Virus record (IMG/VR): IMGVR_UViG_3300025723_001637
Location: 1-47,065 of that record
Origin: a virus
Taxonomy: Duplodnaviria; Caudoviricetes
DNA length: 47,065 nucleotides
Direction: 5' to 3' (one strand)
In this document: positions 9,352 through 17,882 of the stretch, piece after piece
Position numbering within the stretch: position 1 is the first letter of the stretch
How the letters are laid out: each line of letters opens with the position of its first letter
Position numbers and translations under genes: made by a program
The notes under the pieces: model-generated
The model's input: only the letters and a program-made list of their open reading frames with translations
Databases searched by the model: none
What the model was told of the DNA's origin: nothing

Positions 9352-9438
9352 TTATTTCCCGTTGTGTGATAATCGTGCTTGGCGAGCTTCAGCAATAGCT
9401 TCAAGAATACTGTTGAAAAATTGTTTGAGTGTGTTCAT
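9352..9438 (-). CDS. 28-aa microprotein MNTLKQFFNSILEAIAEARQARLSHNGK
   Basis: Hand-translated; AGGA upstream; amphipathic helix pattern. Confidence 0.6.
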   Translation of the reverse strand: MNTLKQFFNSILEAIAEARQARLSHNGK

Positions 9439-9440
9439 TT

Positions 9441-9554
9441 TTATATCATCCTGTAGGTTTTGGTAAAATCATGCACATAGCGAGCAGCCTGTGCTTGACG
9501 TGATCGAATTGTTCTGATCATGGCGCGACGTAGAAATCTTCGAATTATTCTCAT
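9441..9554 (-). CDS. 37-aa Arg-rich microprotein MRIIRRFLRRAMIRTIRSRQAQAARYVHDFTKTYRMI
   Basis: Hand-translated; ATGA overlap with the upstream ORF. Confidence 0.6.
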   Translation of the reverse strand: MRIIRRFLRRAMIRTIRSRQAQAARYVHDFTKTYRMI

Positions 9555-9700
9555 AGTGTGCCATCATATCGTTGCTGGTTGTAGTATCTACACCAAAATT
9601 CTACTTCAGCGTTGCTTTTGGGTTGCTTGGAGGCAACAAATTTTTCCAAGCCAGATTGATAACCGGTGCCAAATAATTTATTGATAATTTTTTTAAACAT
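9551..9700 (-). CDS. 49-aa microprotein MFKKIINKLFGTGYQSGLEKFVASKQPKSNAEVEFWCRYYNQQRYDGTL
   Basis: Hand-translated; TAAGGA SD, TATAAATA promoter and 5' hairpin upstream. Confidence 0.7.
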   Translation of the reverse strand: MFKKIINKLFGTGYQSGLEKFVASKQPKSNAEVEFWCRYYNQQRYDGTL

Positions 9701-9745
9701 TGTGTGTTTCCTTAAATGGTAGATACTCATGGTTTCTACTAATAG

Positions 9746-9776
9746 TATTTATACTAATAATATTGCACCGCACATA
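9746..9776 (-). promoter_or_regulatory. TATAAATA late-type promoter with adjacent PhaR-like box
   Basis: TATAAATA at 9746-9753; ATGTGCGGTGCAA (TG-TGC-N3-GCAA) at about 9763-9775, in a divergent intergenic region. Confidence 0.55.
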
Positions 9777-9834
9777 AATGCTATTTTTTTTAGGGTTTTT
9801 GTTTTTAGAGTAAATAAAATGAAGGAGATAGCAA

Positions 9835-10176
9835 ATGCTAACATTTTTAAAGAAATTCTTATCACTCAAACCCAGGGTCATTCCAGAACCAGCTGCGCCA
9901 TACAAAGTAGAAGCACCTGTGCCTGCTAGCGCAGAAGCCGTCAAGACACCAGTAAAATGTGGATGCGGCCGTAGCTCAAGTGGCGAGTGTGTGGGATTAC
10001 ATGCCCTTAGTGCAGAACAGTGGGCAGTCAGTGATAAAAATCCAAACAAGATTGTGGTAGAAGAAAAACCAGTCAAGTCAACGCCAGTTAAAAAAACCCC
10101 AGCTAAAAAAACTGCAGCTAAACCCAAAACTCCTGCTAAACCACGTGCCCCACGCAAGCCCAAAGCGTCAAGCTAA
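9835..10176 (+). CDS. CDGSH-like Cys3His motif protein with Lys/Ala/Pro-rich tail
   Basis: Amphipathic N-terminus MLTFLKKFLSL; CGCGRSSSGECVGLH; tail KKTPAKKTAAKPKTPAKPRAPRKPK; AAGGAG SD. Confidence 0.65.
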   Translation: MLTFLKKFLSLKPRVIPEPAAPYKVEAPVPASAEAVKTPVKCGCGRSSSGECVGLHALSAEQWAVSDKNPNKIVVEEKPVKSTPVKKTPAKKTAAKPKTPAKPRAPRKPKASS

Positions 10177-10455
10177 CATTCGCACAAGGCCAACAGAATC
10201 TATGCTGACCAGCAGGATGTAATTGGCCAACATACCAAAAGATTTCCTAGTGTAACTGGCCCAAGCATACATAGCACAACCGCTAATCCAAATTGGATAT
10301 AAAACAAGTAGTGGGGGGTTGGGCACAGTAAGCGACATTGTGATACTACAGCCAATGCTAATGGCCCAGGCCATTAACTCAATGGCAAAACGAAAGCGAT
10401 TGCTAGCATAGTCATCTCTAATCCATCCTAGTATATTAAAAATTATATCATTCAT
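10168..10455 (-). CDS. Small membrane protein
   Basis: About three hydrophobic segments; start MNDIIF overlaps the uvsE stop. Confidence 0.7.
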   Translation of the reverse strand: MNDIIFNILGWIRDDYASNRFRFAIELMAWAISIGCSITMSLTVPNPPLLVLYPIWISGCAMYAWASYTRKSFGMLANYILLVSIDSVGLVRMLA

Positions 10456-11479
10456 TAGCAACTTTCTGTTGGTACAACTGGGCACTGGCCAAGTTTTTTC
10501 CTTTGGCCTCTACTTGTATATCAAACTTATCGCTGAATGTCAGTGCCCAGGCATTGCTGGCACTATTCCACATGAAGTCAGAATGTGCTCGTAGTTTTTG
10601 TTTTTTGTAACCTACACTGAGTAATTGTTGTAGATCTGGTCTAACAAAGGGATCGTGATCAACCAAAAGATCTTCACGGCTAACACTGTAATGCATAGCA
10701 GGACGAACACCGCGCCAAGAGTCAATAACCCGCTGCGTACGAGGATCCTCCAGTGTGATATATTCTCCTGTGTTGATCCAGTGATGATGTATGTCCAGCA
10801 CCAAAGCCACATGCTCAGCCACAGCCAAAGTAACGTCAAGTCCATTTGATATCTCGTCATTTTCGATGGTAATTAAATTTCTAGCCTCTGGCGTGAGACG
10901 GCCCAGAGTTCTTAGAAATTTGGCAGGTCCACCTTTACCTGACAAATGCACATTGATCTTGAATCCGGAATCATGCCATGTAGCACCATAGCCCATCCAT
11001 CTGGCCATGTCTGCATGATATTCAAATTCCAAAATACTACGCTCTACAATTTCATCTGCTTCAGAAGCCAGTACACAAAACTGACCAGGATGAAAGCTCA
11101 ATCTCACATCTAGTCTACGTGCTGTTTCGCCAATGGGTGCAAATATTCTAGCAAGATGATCCTGTATCTCTTGGCGTTGCCACCAGGCTATCCAATTGGG
11201 TTCGGTGTAGCCTTGTAACATTTCACTACCCAGGCGAACCATTCTGCGCTCAGCAGGCAGCGTGGCCACACGCTCAATCAGTTTCACTGCTGCTGCGGCA
11301 TTGTGATTCATGATATCCCATTGACGTTGGTCAGCATCGCCGGGATGCTCGCGCAACCAGCGCATGGTAGTTGATCTTCCGTTTAGGTCACGGTCCACAG
11401 CATTGACTTTCATGCCCCCACATTCTGAGGGATCATTTAGCCATTTGCAACAAAAACCCATGCGTTGTATTGTAGTCAT
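10448..11479 (-). CDS. uvsE: UV-damage endonuclease (UvsE/UVDE)
   Basis: 'RLSFHPGQFCVLAS', 'INVHLSG', 'ITIENDE', 'LDIHHHW', 'RAHSD', 'DIQVEAKGKNLA'. Confidence 0.93.
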   Translation of the reverse strand: MTTIQRMGFCCKWLNDPSECGGMKVNAVDRDLNGRSTTMRWLREHPGDADQRQWDIMNHNAAAAVKLIERVATLPAERRMVRLGSEMLQGYTEPNWIAWWQRQEIQDHLARIFAPIGETARRLDVRLSFHPGQFCVLASEADEIVERSILEFEYHADMARWMGYGATWHDSGFKINVHLSGKGGPAKFLRTLGRLTPEARNLITIENDEISNGLDVTLAVAEHVALVLDIHHHWINTGEYITLEDPRTQRVIDSWRGVRPAMHYSVSREDLLVDHDPFVRPDLQQLLSVGYKKQKLRAHSDFMWNSASNAWALTFSDKFDIQVEAKGKNLASAQLYQQKVANE

Positions 11480-11484
11480 AGTGT

Positions 11485-11513
11485 ATTATACTACATAAGC
11501 ACATATAAGTCAA
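11485..11513 (-). promoter_or_regulatory. Sigma70 promoter for uvsE (leaderless)
   Basis: TTGACT-17 nt-TATAAT, then 5 nt, then ATG. Confidence 0.75.
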
Positions 11514-12067
11514 GTAGACAGCATTTCAATCACATTGCTCATTGAGTCTTTGGTCAAATTATCCAATCCGTCATATATTTTGCCAATTTTTGCTGCATGG
11601 TCTACCAAAACCCATTGAGTGTTAGGATGATTTATGATCAATTGTTTAAACAAGTTGTGATAGTGATTGTACCGAACTTCTAGCAACCTGTCTGAAATTT
11701 TTAGTCTGTCCTGTAGATCAAATCCCAGTAACAAAATAATATTATTAAAACCAGCAGCCAAATGCATGGCTATAATTTCTTCTTGACGATCTATATCGTG
11801 TATGAATTTACCTTCATATAGTTTTACTCCATCTGGACGATTGAGTAGTGCATATATATCTTTTGGTATATAAAAATTACAGTGTTTTTGAAATTGTCGC
11901 TTCAACAAGATTTCTGCCTGTTTCATGTCATGACATATTACATTGTCTGTGGAATAGGCCCGCCAGGTTCGCCAACTGCCCCAAAAACTGCCAATATTTT
12001 TTAACTGTGCAAGATCTTGTGTGGGATCCAAAAGTGTGTCATCTGCCAATACCCACCCTATATTCAT
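11510..12067 (-). CDS. Hypothetical protein
   Basis: ATGA-coupled ORF containing an 'IILLLGFDL' motif. Confidence 0.65.
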   Translation of the reverse strand: MNIGWVLADDTLLDPTQDLAQLKNIGSFWGSWRTWRAYSTDNVICHDMKQAEILLKRQFQKHCNFYIPKDIYALLNRPDGVKLYEGKFIHDIDRQEEIIAMHLAAGFNNIILLLGFDLQDRLKISDRLLEVRYNHYHNLFKQLIINHPNTQWVLVDHAAKIGKIYDGLDNLTKDSMSNVIEMLST

Positions 12068-13107
12068 TCTGCACTCCGTAATTCTTGCCAATTAAATCCA
12101 CCAATGCACATCCATGCAAACACTCGATCAGATCCAGGATTGGAATTGAATACCATGTCGCCTCGTGTGCCGGACCAACCAGGCACCTGTGCTGCATGAC
12201 TAAACTTGTGCACACCTACTTGTAGTTTTTTTAACATGGTTAGGCCAGTGCTGTCAATTTCTAGATACGGTGTACGATTCACTCCCAAGCACAATGTTTG
12301 ATCTCTACTGGTACCAATAAATGCATGTTTGGATTTGTGTTTGCCAATTATGACAGCAACTTCTTCGTCCCATACGCTCAACGCAGCTTCGGGTAGTTCG
12401 GTATTGACTCCTAATCTACCATTTACAACACTGACAGTATTATTGATGTGTGCTTCGCCTTGAACTGAGAGTTGTCTAAGAGTGCCAAGAGATTGTAAAT
12501 TTGATTCAACTATGGCAGAACTCAATCTATTGCCAGTGATCACATAATCGCCACCAATGCTGACACTGTCAAAATCAATACCTTTTTGTCCTATTTGATC
12601 GGCAACCTGTTGCACCAGTTGATCACGCCAAGCATCAGACAGCTTGGCAAGAGTAGCGTCACTGATATTATTGGCCAAAGTGGCCCAGGCAGAATTATCA
12701 GTATTAATACTACCTAACACTGCCAAATCTCTAATGATAGCAGATCCTGTTACGCTGATTTCAGCCGCAGTCAATTGATTTTCTACCACCGTGGTGTCAT
12801 CCATAATGGTCAGTTGACAGCTAGTTGCCTGGTCCGAAATACCAGTACTGACAAAATCTGTCAAAATTTGTTTTTTGATATTTGTCATGTTTGTGTCAAC
12901 TCGTTGGCAAATTATAGAGTTTATATCGATGCTGCCAATCCTGGAAATTGTTTCAAGAGTCACTGTTTGATTTATCATGTGCTCAATTCGGGCCAACCAC
13001 TCTTGATCTTGACACAGACTTTCTACAGTACTCAATATATTTTTTTCAACTGCTTGTTCTACTAAACTTTGAATCAGTACAGGGTCAATGGTAATAGCAT
13101 TAGTCAT
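12064..13107 (-). CDS. Hypothetical protein, tail-fibre-like C-terminus
   Basis: 'RLGVNTELPEAALSV' and 'GTRGDMVFNSNP...FAWMC...W' motifs typical of phage fibre or structural proteins. Confidence 0.6.
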   Translation of the reverse strand: MTNAITIDPVLIQSLVEQAVEKNILSTVESLCQDQEWLARIEHMINQTVTLETISRIGSIDINSIICQRVDTNMTNIKKQILTDFVSTGISDQATSCQLTIMDDTTVVENQLTAAEISVTGSAIIRDLAVLGSINTDNSAWATLANNISDATLAKLSDAWRDQLVQQVADQIGQKGIDFDSVSIGGDYVITGNRLSSAIVESNLQSLGTLRQLSVQGEAHINNTVSVVNGRLGVNTELPEAALSVWDEEVAVIIGKHKSKHAFIGTSRDQTLCLGVNRTPYLEIDSTGLTMLKKLQVGVHKFSHAAQVPGWSGTRGDMVFNSNPGSDRVFAWMCIGGFNWQELRSAE

Positions 13108-14029
13108 GCTTTCTCCTTAGGTCCAATGTTACACAATGAAATCCACCACCCAGGGTTCTACTGTGGCGTAGTGTTCTTGGAATCACTGTGAAATTCTTTT
13201 TGAGCAAGATTTCTATCAATTGATCTTGCGCTGCATCAACTATGACAGTGGTAGGGTTCACAACCAGCATATTCAGTCCAATCCATTTGGAAGCATAGGG
13301 GTATTGGTAAAAATTTTGTGACACAATCTGATCATCATTGATCCAAATTTTTTCCCAATCTCTGAATGCATTAGGACAATTTTGCCGGGTTACCCTGGAA
13401 CCATTTAATAACACCAAACCTTCCCTCAAAGGAACTATGGTTGAATCAATATGCACACCTGAATAAAAATTGCAAATTTCTATACTCGAAGTTGTAGGTA
13501 AATTGCTCAACAGCCAATACCATGCTAGCTTATTGCCAGATGCACTTTCTAAAAAAAGGTATCTATCTTTGCCTAATCTCAGTACATTGGCTGCGTCTAA
13601 CACAAGACCAGAATTTTTAGGCATGGTCAATATTTTTTCTGCTCGATCAATAACAAAATCCAATGCGTCAATTTCCTGGTCTCGGCATGGATACATCATT
13701 GCAGTATCAATCACTGTGGTGCCTGCAATCAACAAACGATCTCGGGGACAATAATTATACATTCCGCCTAATTCTTGGAAATTCATATCTTTGGGACGAT
13801 GTACTTTGACACCAAGATTGGTCAAAGTATTGGCCAGCTCATCCAAGTCTTGATTGGCTTCATCAATGATCCATTGAGGTACAGGACCCGAAGGCACAGG
13901 AGTTTCGGTCCATAAAGTTTTGGTACTTTCCAAAGCAAACACAGGATCTGTACTGGGCCAATTTGCCCAAGTTGCAGTGCCTACTACTACTTCTTCCAAT
14001 GGATCCCATTCATTGTAACTACTAATCAT
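13100..14029 (-). CDS. Amidinotransferase (glycine/inosamine-phosphate family)
   Basis: 'NEWDPLEEVVVG', 'YCPRD', 'DAANV', 'HIDST', 'GGGFHCVTLD' (Asp-His-Cys triad). Confidence 0.92.
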   Translation of the reverse strand: MISSYNEWDPLEEVVVGTATWANWPSTDPVFALESTKTLWTETPVPSGPVPQWIIDEANQDLDELANTLTNLGVKVHRPKDMNFQELGGMYNYCPRDRLLIAGTTVIDTAMMYPCRDQEIDALDFVIDRAEKILTMPKNSGLVLDAANVLRLGKDRYLFLESASGNKLAWYWLLSNLPTTSSIEICNFYSGVHIDSTIVPLREGLVLLNGSRVTRQNCPNAFRDWEKIWINDDQIVSQNFYQYPYASKWIGLNMLVVNPTTVIVDAAQDQLIEILLKKNFTVIPRTLRHSRTLGGGFHCVTLDLRRKHD

Positions 14030-14546
14030 TTATGTGTCCTGTAATTTGTAAAGTATAACGAGGTGTTATTCCCAAGTTAGCAGCCATGTGAGGAGTATCA
14101 TATGGCCATTCCACCGTGGCACCAGCTCTCCAGTCTACAAATGGCTGATCCATCAGTTCAGCATAGTGTCCTGGCTGCCAGTCTTCCAAAAATATTATAG
14201 CACGTCTTATGGTGTGCTCGCGACCTTGCAGATTAAATAGTTTAACATATTTTTTATACAAATCTCCGTGTGTGGGTAGCACAGTACCAGTGGTCATACG
14301 ATAATAACTCGTTCCAATGTCTTTCCATCCTTTGCCTTGGAAAATATCAATAAATCTTGAATTCCACGAAGGTTGTTTGTGACGCATATCACACATTTCT
14401 CCGGTGAATCGATTTGAATAGCCAGCCTTGGTCCAAAGTGCCAGATTGTCTGGATCATTGAATTCTTCATGAGTGTACAACAGATCCTTGAATTCGTTAT
14501 CCCAAAATTTTGCCAAATGATATTTTTTAATTACGTGAATTGACAT
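14022..14546 (-). CDS. 2OG-Fe(II) oxygenase-like (cupin) protein
   Basis: 'VLPTHGD' (HxD) and 'PHMAANLGITPRYTLQIT' (distal His and Arg). Confidence 0.7.
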   Translation of the reverse strand: MSIHVIKKYHLAKFWDNEFKDLLYTHEEFNDPDNLALWTKAGYSNRFTGEMCDMRHKQPSWNSRFIDIFQGKGWKDIGTSYYRMTTGTVLPTHGDLYKKYVKLFNLQGREHTIRRAIIFLEDWQPGHYAELMDQPFVDWRAGATVEWPYDTPHMAANLGITPRYTLQITGHIND

Positions 14547-14585
14547 ATTATATTCCTAGATAGGATTGCATATAAATAACAACCT

Positions 14586-15701
14586 ATGAGTATTCCATTG
14601 GACCGTTTATATCACTATATTGAAAATATTGCAGAAGAAATCTACGGTGATACAGTAATAATTTATCGTTTTTTCCCGCATGGATCAAAAAAACTATCCA
14701 ATCTTACACAACTACAAAATCAGTTTTGGATCAAGAAAGATCTGGCTCTACTACCAAACATTTATTGTTATGATCAAGAACCACTGAATTATGACTTGTA
14801 CCAGAATTATGTTCTTGAACCAAATTTTGACTTTCCAGAACCAGAACACACAAAAAACTTACAGATATACTACAATGGGCATAGTCCTGCAATACTGATA
14901 CACAGTGAGCAAAGATCAGCAAACTTGATCAAATATCAACAAAATCAGTTTGTCACTGTGTATTATTGGGCACACGCTTTGATTGCGTTGGACTGGTATC
15001 GTTATGCTGGACATGTAAAAATAGAAAAGAAACCAAACAAACTTTTTTTAATTTATAATCGTGCCTGGACAAACACCAGAGAATACAGATTGAAATTTGC
15101 TGATTTGTTGATTGAGCAAACATTGACTCAGCAGTGCCAAACATTGGTGGCCTATACCGATCAACAGATTCCTTACTTTGAACATAAATTTGAAAATCCC
15201 ATTTGGCAACCCAGTAACAAACTTGAAAACTATTTTGAGAATAATCAAACCAGCAGTTGCTACAGTGCAGATTTTGATATTGCCGATTATCAAAATACTC
15301 ACATTGAAGTAGTGTTAGAAACACTGTTTGATGATGACAGATTACATCTAACAGAAAAATCATTGAGACCCATTGCTTGTGGTCAACCATTTATACTATG
15401 TGCCACACATGGCAGCTTGGCGTATCTTCGCAGTTATGGATTTAGAACCTTCGGCGATGTCATTGATGAAAGCTACGATGAGATTCTGGATCCATTGGAG
15501 AGATTACAGGCAGTTGTTCTGACCATGAAAAAAATTGCAGATTGGAGCCCATTACAATTAAAAAATAATCTAGAAAAATTATATTTCATTGCAGAACACA
15601 ATCGACAACATTTTTTCAGTCATACATTTTTTTCTTGTGTGACATCTGAATTAAAAAATAATTTATCAACTGCATTTAATGTTTTTGGAGTTGAGAATTA
15701 A
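14586..15701 (+). CDS. Hypothetical protein, putative glycosyltransferase-like
   Basis: 'VVLET...LTEKSLRPIACGQPFI...LRSYGFRTF..VIDESYD'; paralog of 40302-41249. Confidence 0.6.
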   Translation: MSIPLDRLYHYIENIAEEIYGDTVIIYRFFPHGSKKLSNLTQLQNQFWIKKDLALLPNIYCYDQEPLNYDLYQNYVLEPNFDFPEPEHTKNLQIYYNGHSPAILIHSEQRSANLIKYQQNQFVTVYYWAHALIALDWYRYAGHVKIEKKPNKLFLIYNRAWTNTREYRLKFADLLIEQTLTQQCQTLVAYTDQQIPYFEHKFENPIWQPSNKLENYFENNQTSSCYSADFDIADYQNTHIEVVLETLFDDDRLHLTEKSLRPIACGQPFILCATHGSLAYLRSYGFRTFGDVIDESYDEILDPLERLQAVVLTMKKIADWSPLQLKNNLEKLYFIAEHNRQHFFSHTFFSCVTSELKNNLSTAFNVFGVEN

Positions 15702-15708
15702 ATAATGG

Positions 15709-15957
15709 ATGTATTACGCTTTTGTAATTTTTTTACTACCGTTTTTTGCTTGCGCCAGTGAGATAGATACCTGTAATCAAATTCATGAGGTCAATCAAAA
15801 ACATCTGTGTTTGGCAGTAGCCACATTGAGTGTGGGAGATTGTGAAAAAATAACCAATTTGGATCAGAAAATGACTTGTATTTTCAAAGTCAGAAATGGA
15901 CAGCGTCAAGCCAATGGGTTTCATCCAATGGCAAATAAACACCAGACTTCTCGCTAA
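15709..15957 (+). CDS. Small exported Cys-rich protein
   Basis: Hydrophobic N-terminus and repeated C-x-x-I...C units. Confidence 0.6.
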   Translation: MYYAFVIFLLPFFACASEIDTCNQIHEVNQKHLCLAVATLSVGDCEKITNLDQKMTCIFKVRNGQRQANGFHPMANKHQTSR

Positions 15958-15998
15958 GTATTCTTTACTGTGTTATAATAGATCATAGGATAATTTTT

Positions 15999-16712
15999 AT
16001 GAATAAAATAATATCAATTTTGGCACTGTCTTTGACCATTCATGCCATGGCAACTACTGTGACGGCAAAATCGTGGCTAGTGGCTGACGGAACTGCCAAT
16101 GTGATTCAAAGCAAAAACAGTTTGGAACAGCGCAGTATTGGAAGCATTACAAAGTTAATGACTGTCATGGTTATTTTAGATGCCAATCAAAATCTTTATG
16201 AATCTTTAGGATCACTGAATCGACAGGAACTGATTCAATTTGCACTGATTAAATCAGACAACAATGCTGCTCGTGTTTTATGTGACAATTATCCTGGCGG
16301 TAATGTGGCCTGCATCACAGCCATGAATAAACGAGCACAGTCTTTGGGCATGAGTCATACTAATTTTGTAGAGCCCAGTGGACTCAGCATAATGAATGTG
16401 AGTACTGCCCAAGATCTTTTGAAACTGGTGTACACTGCCCAAAACTATCCGGCTATTGTTCGAGCCAGCCAAACCGCAGAGTTAAAAATACATGTCAACA
16501 ACAAATATTTGACTATAAAAAACACCAACCATACCATCATGCATGATCCTGAAAAATTCTTGGTCAGCAAAACTGGATATATTCACGCTGCAGGTGGGTG
16601 CATCGTGATAATGAAAGAGACACCACTGGGACGTCGGATTGCTATTTTGCTAGGCAGTCAAAGTGTAAAAACACGTATACCCGAAGTTGAATCTTTAATA
16701 AAATTACAGTGA
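15999..16712 (+). CDS. D-alanyl-D-alanine endo/carboxypeptidase (peptidase S11, PBP7-like)
   Basis: Signal peptide; SITK (SxxK), SDN (SxN), KTG; 'NFVEPSGLS..NVSTAQDL'. Confidence 0.92.
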   Translation: MNKIISILALSLTIHAMATTVTAKSWLVADGTANVIQSKNSLEQRSIGSITKLMTVMVILDANQNLYESLGSLNRQELIQFALIKSDNNAARVLCDNYPGGNVACITAMNKRAQSLGMSHTNFVEPSGLSIMNVSTAQDLLKLVYTAQNYPAIVRASQTAELKIHVNNKYLTIKNTNHTIMHDPEKFLVSKTGYIHAAGGCIVIMKETPLGRRIAILLGSQSVKTRIPEVESLIKLQ

Positions 16713-16721
16713 TTTGTACAC

Positions 16722-17075
16722 TTAACGCTGAATTTCCCAAGTCCATGAATTACCTGGGTCAGTTGTTATCAACTGATCAATACGCTCAGCCAATTCATTG
16801 TAAAAACTGTCCATTTCTGAATTCCATGCACCCTGTAACTGATTTATCAAGGTACAACAGTACTTCCAATTTTTTTGTTGATAATTTTTTATAAGTGCGG
16901 CATGTAAATTTTGCCAACTCTCAACCAGTGGCAGTCTATCCAATGGCACTGATTCTACAACACAATAAGCGGTTGATCGGATTCCTTGATTGACAAAAAC
17001 AAAGGTATCTAGTTCTAGCACTGTAAATCTATCGCCTAGTTGTTCTGCACGTTCTTTGCCAAATATTATGTTCAT
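16722..17075 (-). CDS. Hypothetical protein
   Basis: ORF with AAGGA SD; 'FTVLELD' followed by a TPR-like helical pair. Confidence 0.7.
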   Translation of the reverse strand: MNIIFGKERAEQLGDRFTVLELDTFVFVNQGIRSTAYCVVESVPLDRLPLVESWQNLHAALIKNYQQKNWKYCCTLINQLQGAWNSEMDSFYNELAERIDQLITTDPGNSWTWEIQR

Positions 17076-17099
17076 GTAAAATCCTTTTAAATATGTATC

Positions 17100-17882
17100 A
17101 TGACTTTTGCATTTGATTTAATTTCAGACCTACATGTTGAAACATGGAACTCTTTTGACTGGACTGGCCAAGCCACAAGTCCAGTTTGTGTTGTTGTTGG
17201 CGACATAGCCAAAAATCTAGATTCAACCATTATGGTATTAAAACATCTTGCCAGTTGTTATCAAGCTGTTTTTTATATCGATGGCAATGACGAACACAGA
17301 TATCAATTACACGACTTGAATCTTAGCTACAGAGAACTTTCTGTCAAATTGGCAGGTATACAAAATCTTGTTTACATGAGAGACACTATTGTTGTCATAA
17401 ACGGGGTGGCAATTTTAGGAGCCAACGGATGGTGGAGTTACGATTTTGATCCCAGAATAGACATTGATCAAACTCAGGCATGGTGCAGAGATTATTATAA
17501 TATCAATCAAATTGCCATCAACAACATAGCGTCAGAAGCCTACAACGATGCGGCATATTTGATCAACAGTATAAAAAAATTACAAACACATCCAGACATC
17601 AAATCTATTGTTATTGCCACACACACTGTGCCTGCAGCATGGTTGATTGAACATGATATTTCACTGTCTTCTCAGACGCGATTTAATATCACTGGAAATC
17701 CTCATTTAGAACTTGCACTGCAAGAAGATACTGAGAGTAAAATTCATACTTGGTGTTTTGGCCATTATCATCAACCCGTGGATCGTATCGTCGATGGCAT
17801 TCGTTTTACCAACAACTGCAAAGGACGAAGCAACACCAAATGGTGCCAGCATCCATACTTTCCTAAACGTATTGAAATTTAA
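17100..17882 (+). CDS. Calcineurin-like metallophosphoesterase
   Basis: 'ISDLH', 'VGDI', 'DGNDEH', 'THTVP', 'FGHYH'. Confidence 0.9.
   Translation: MTFAFDLISDLHVETWNSFDWTGQATSPVCVVVGDIAKNLDSTIMVLKHLASCYQAVFYIDGNDEHRYQLHDLNLSYRELSVKLAGIQNLVYMRDTIVVINGVAILGANGWWSYDFDPRIDIDQTQAWCRDYYNINQIAINNIASEAYNDAAYLINSIKKLQTHPDIKSIVIATHTVPAAWLIEHDISLSSQTRFNITGNPHLELALQEDTESKIHTWCFGHYHQPVDRIVDGIRFTNNCKGRSNTKWCQHPYFPKRIEI

Noticed and set aside
9693-10163. 156-aa hydrophobic minus-strand ORF
   Set aside because: Antisense shadow of the Lys/Pro-rich plus-strand gene, which has the SD and promoter.
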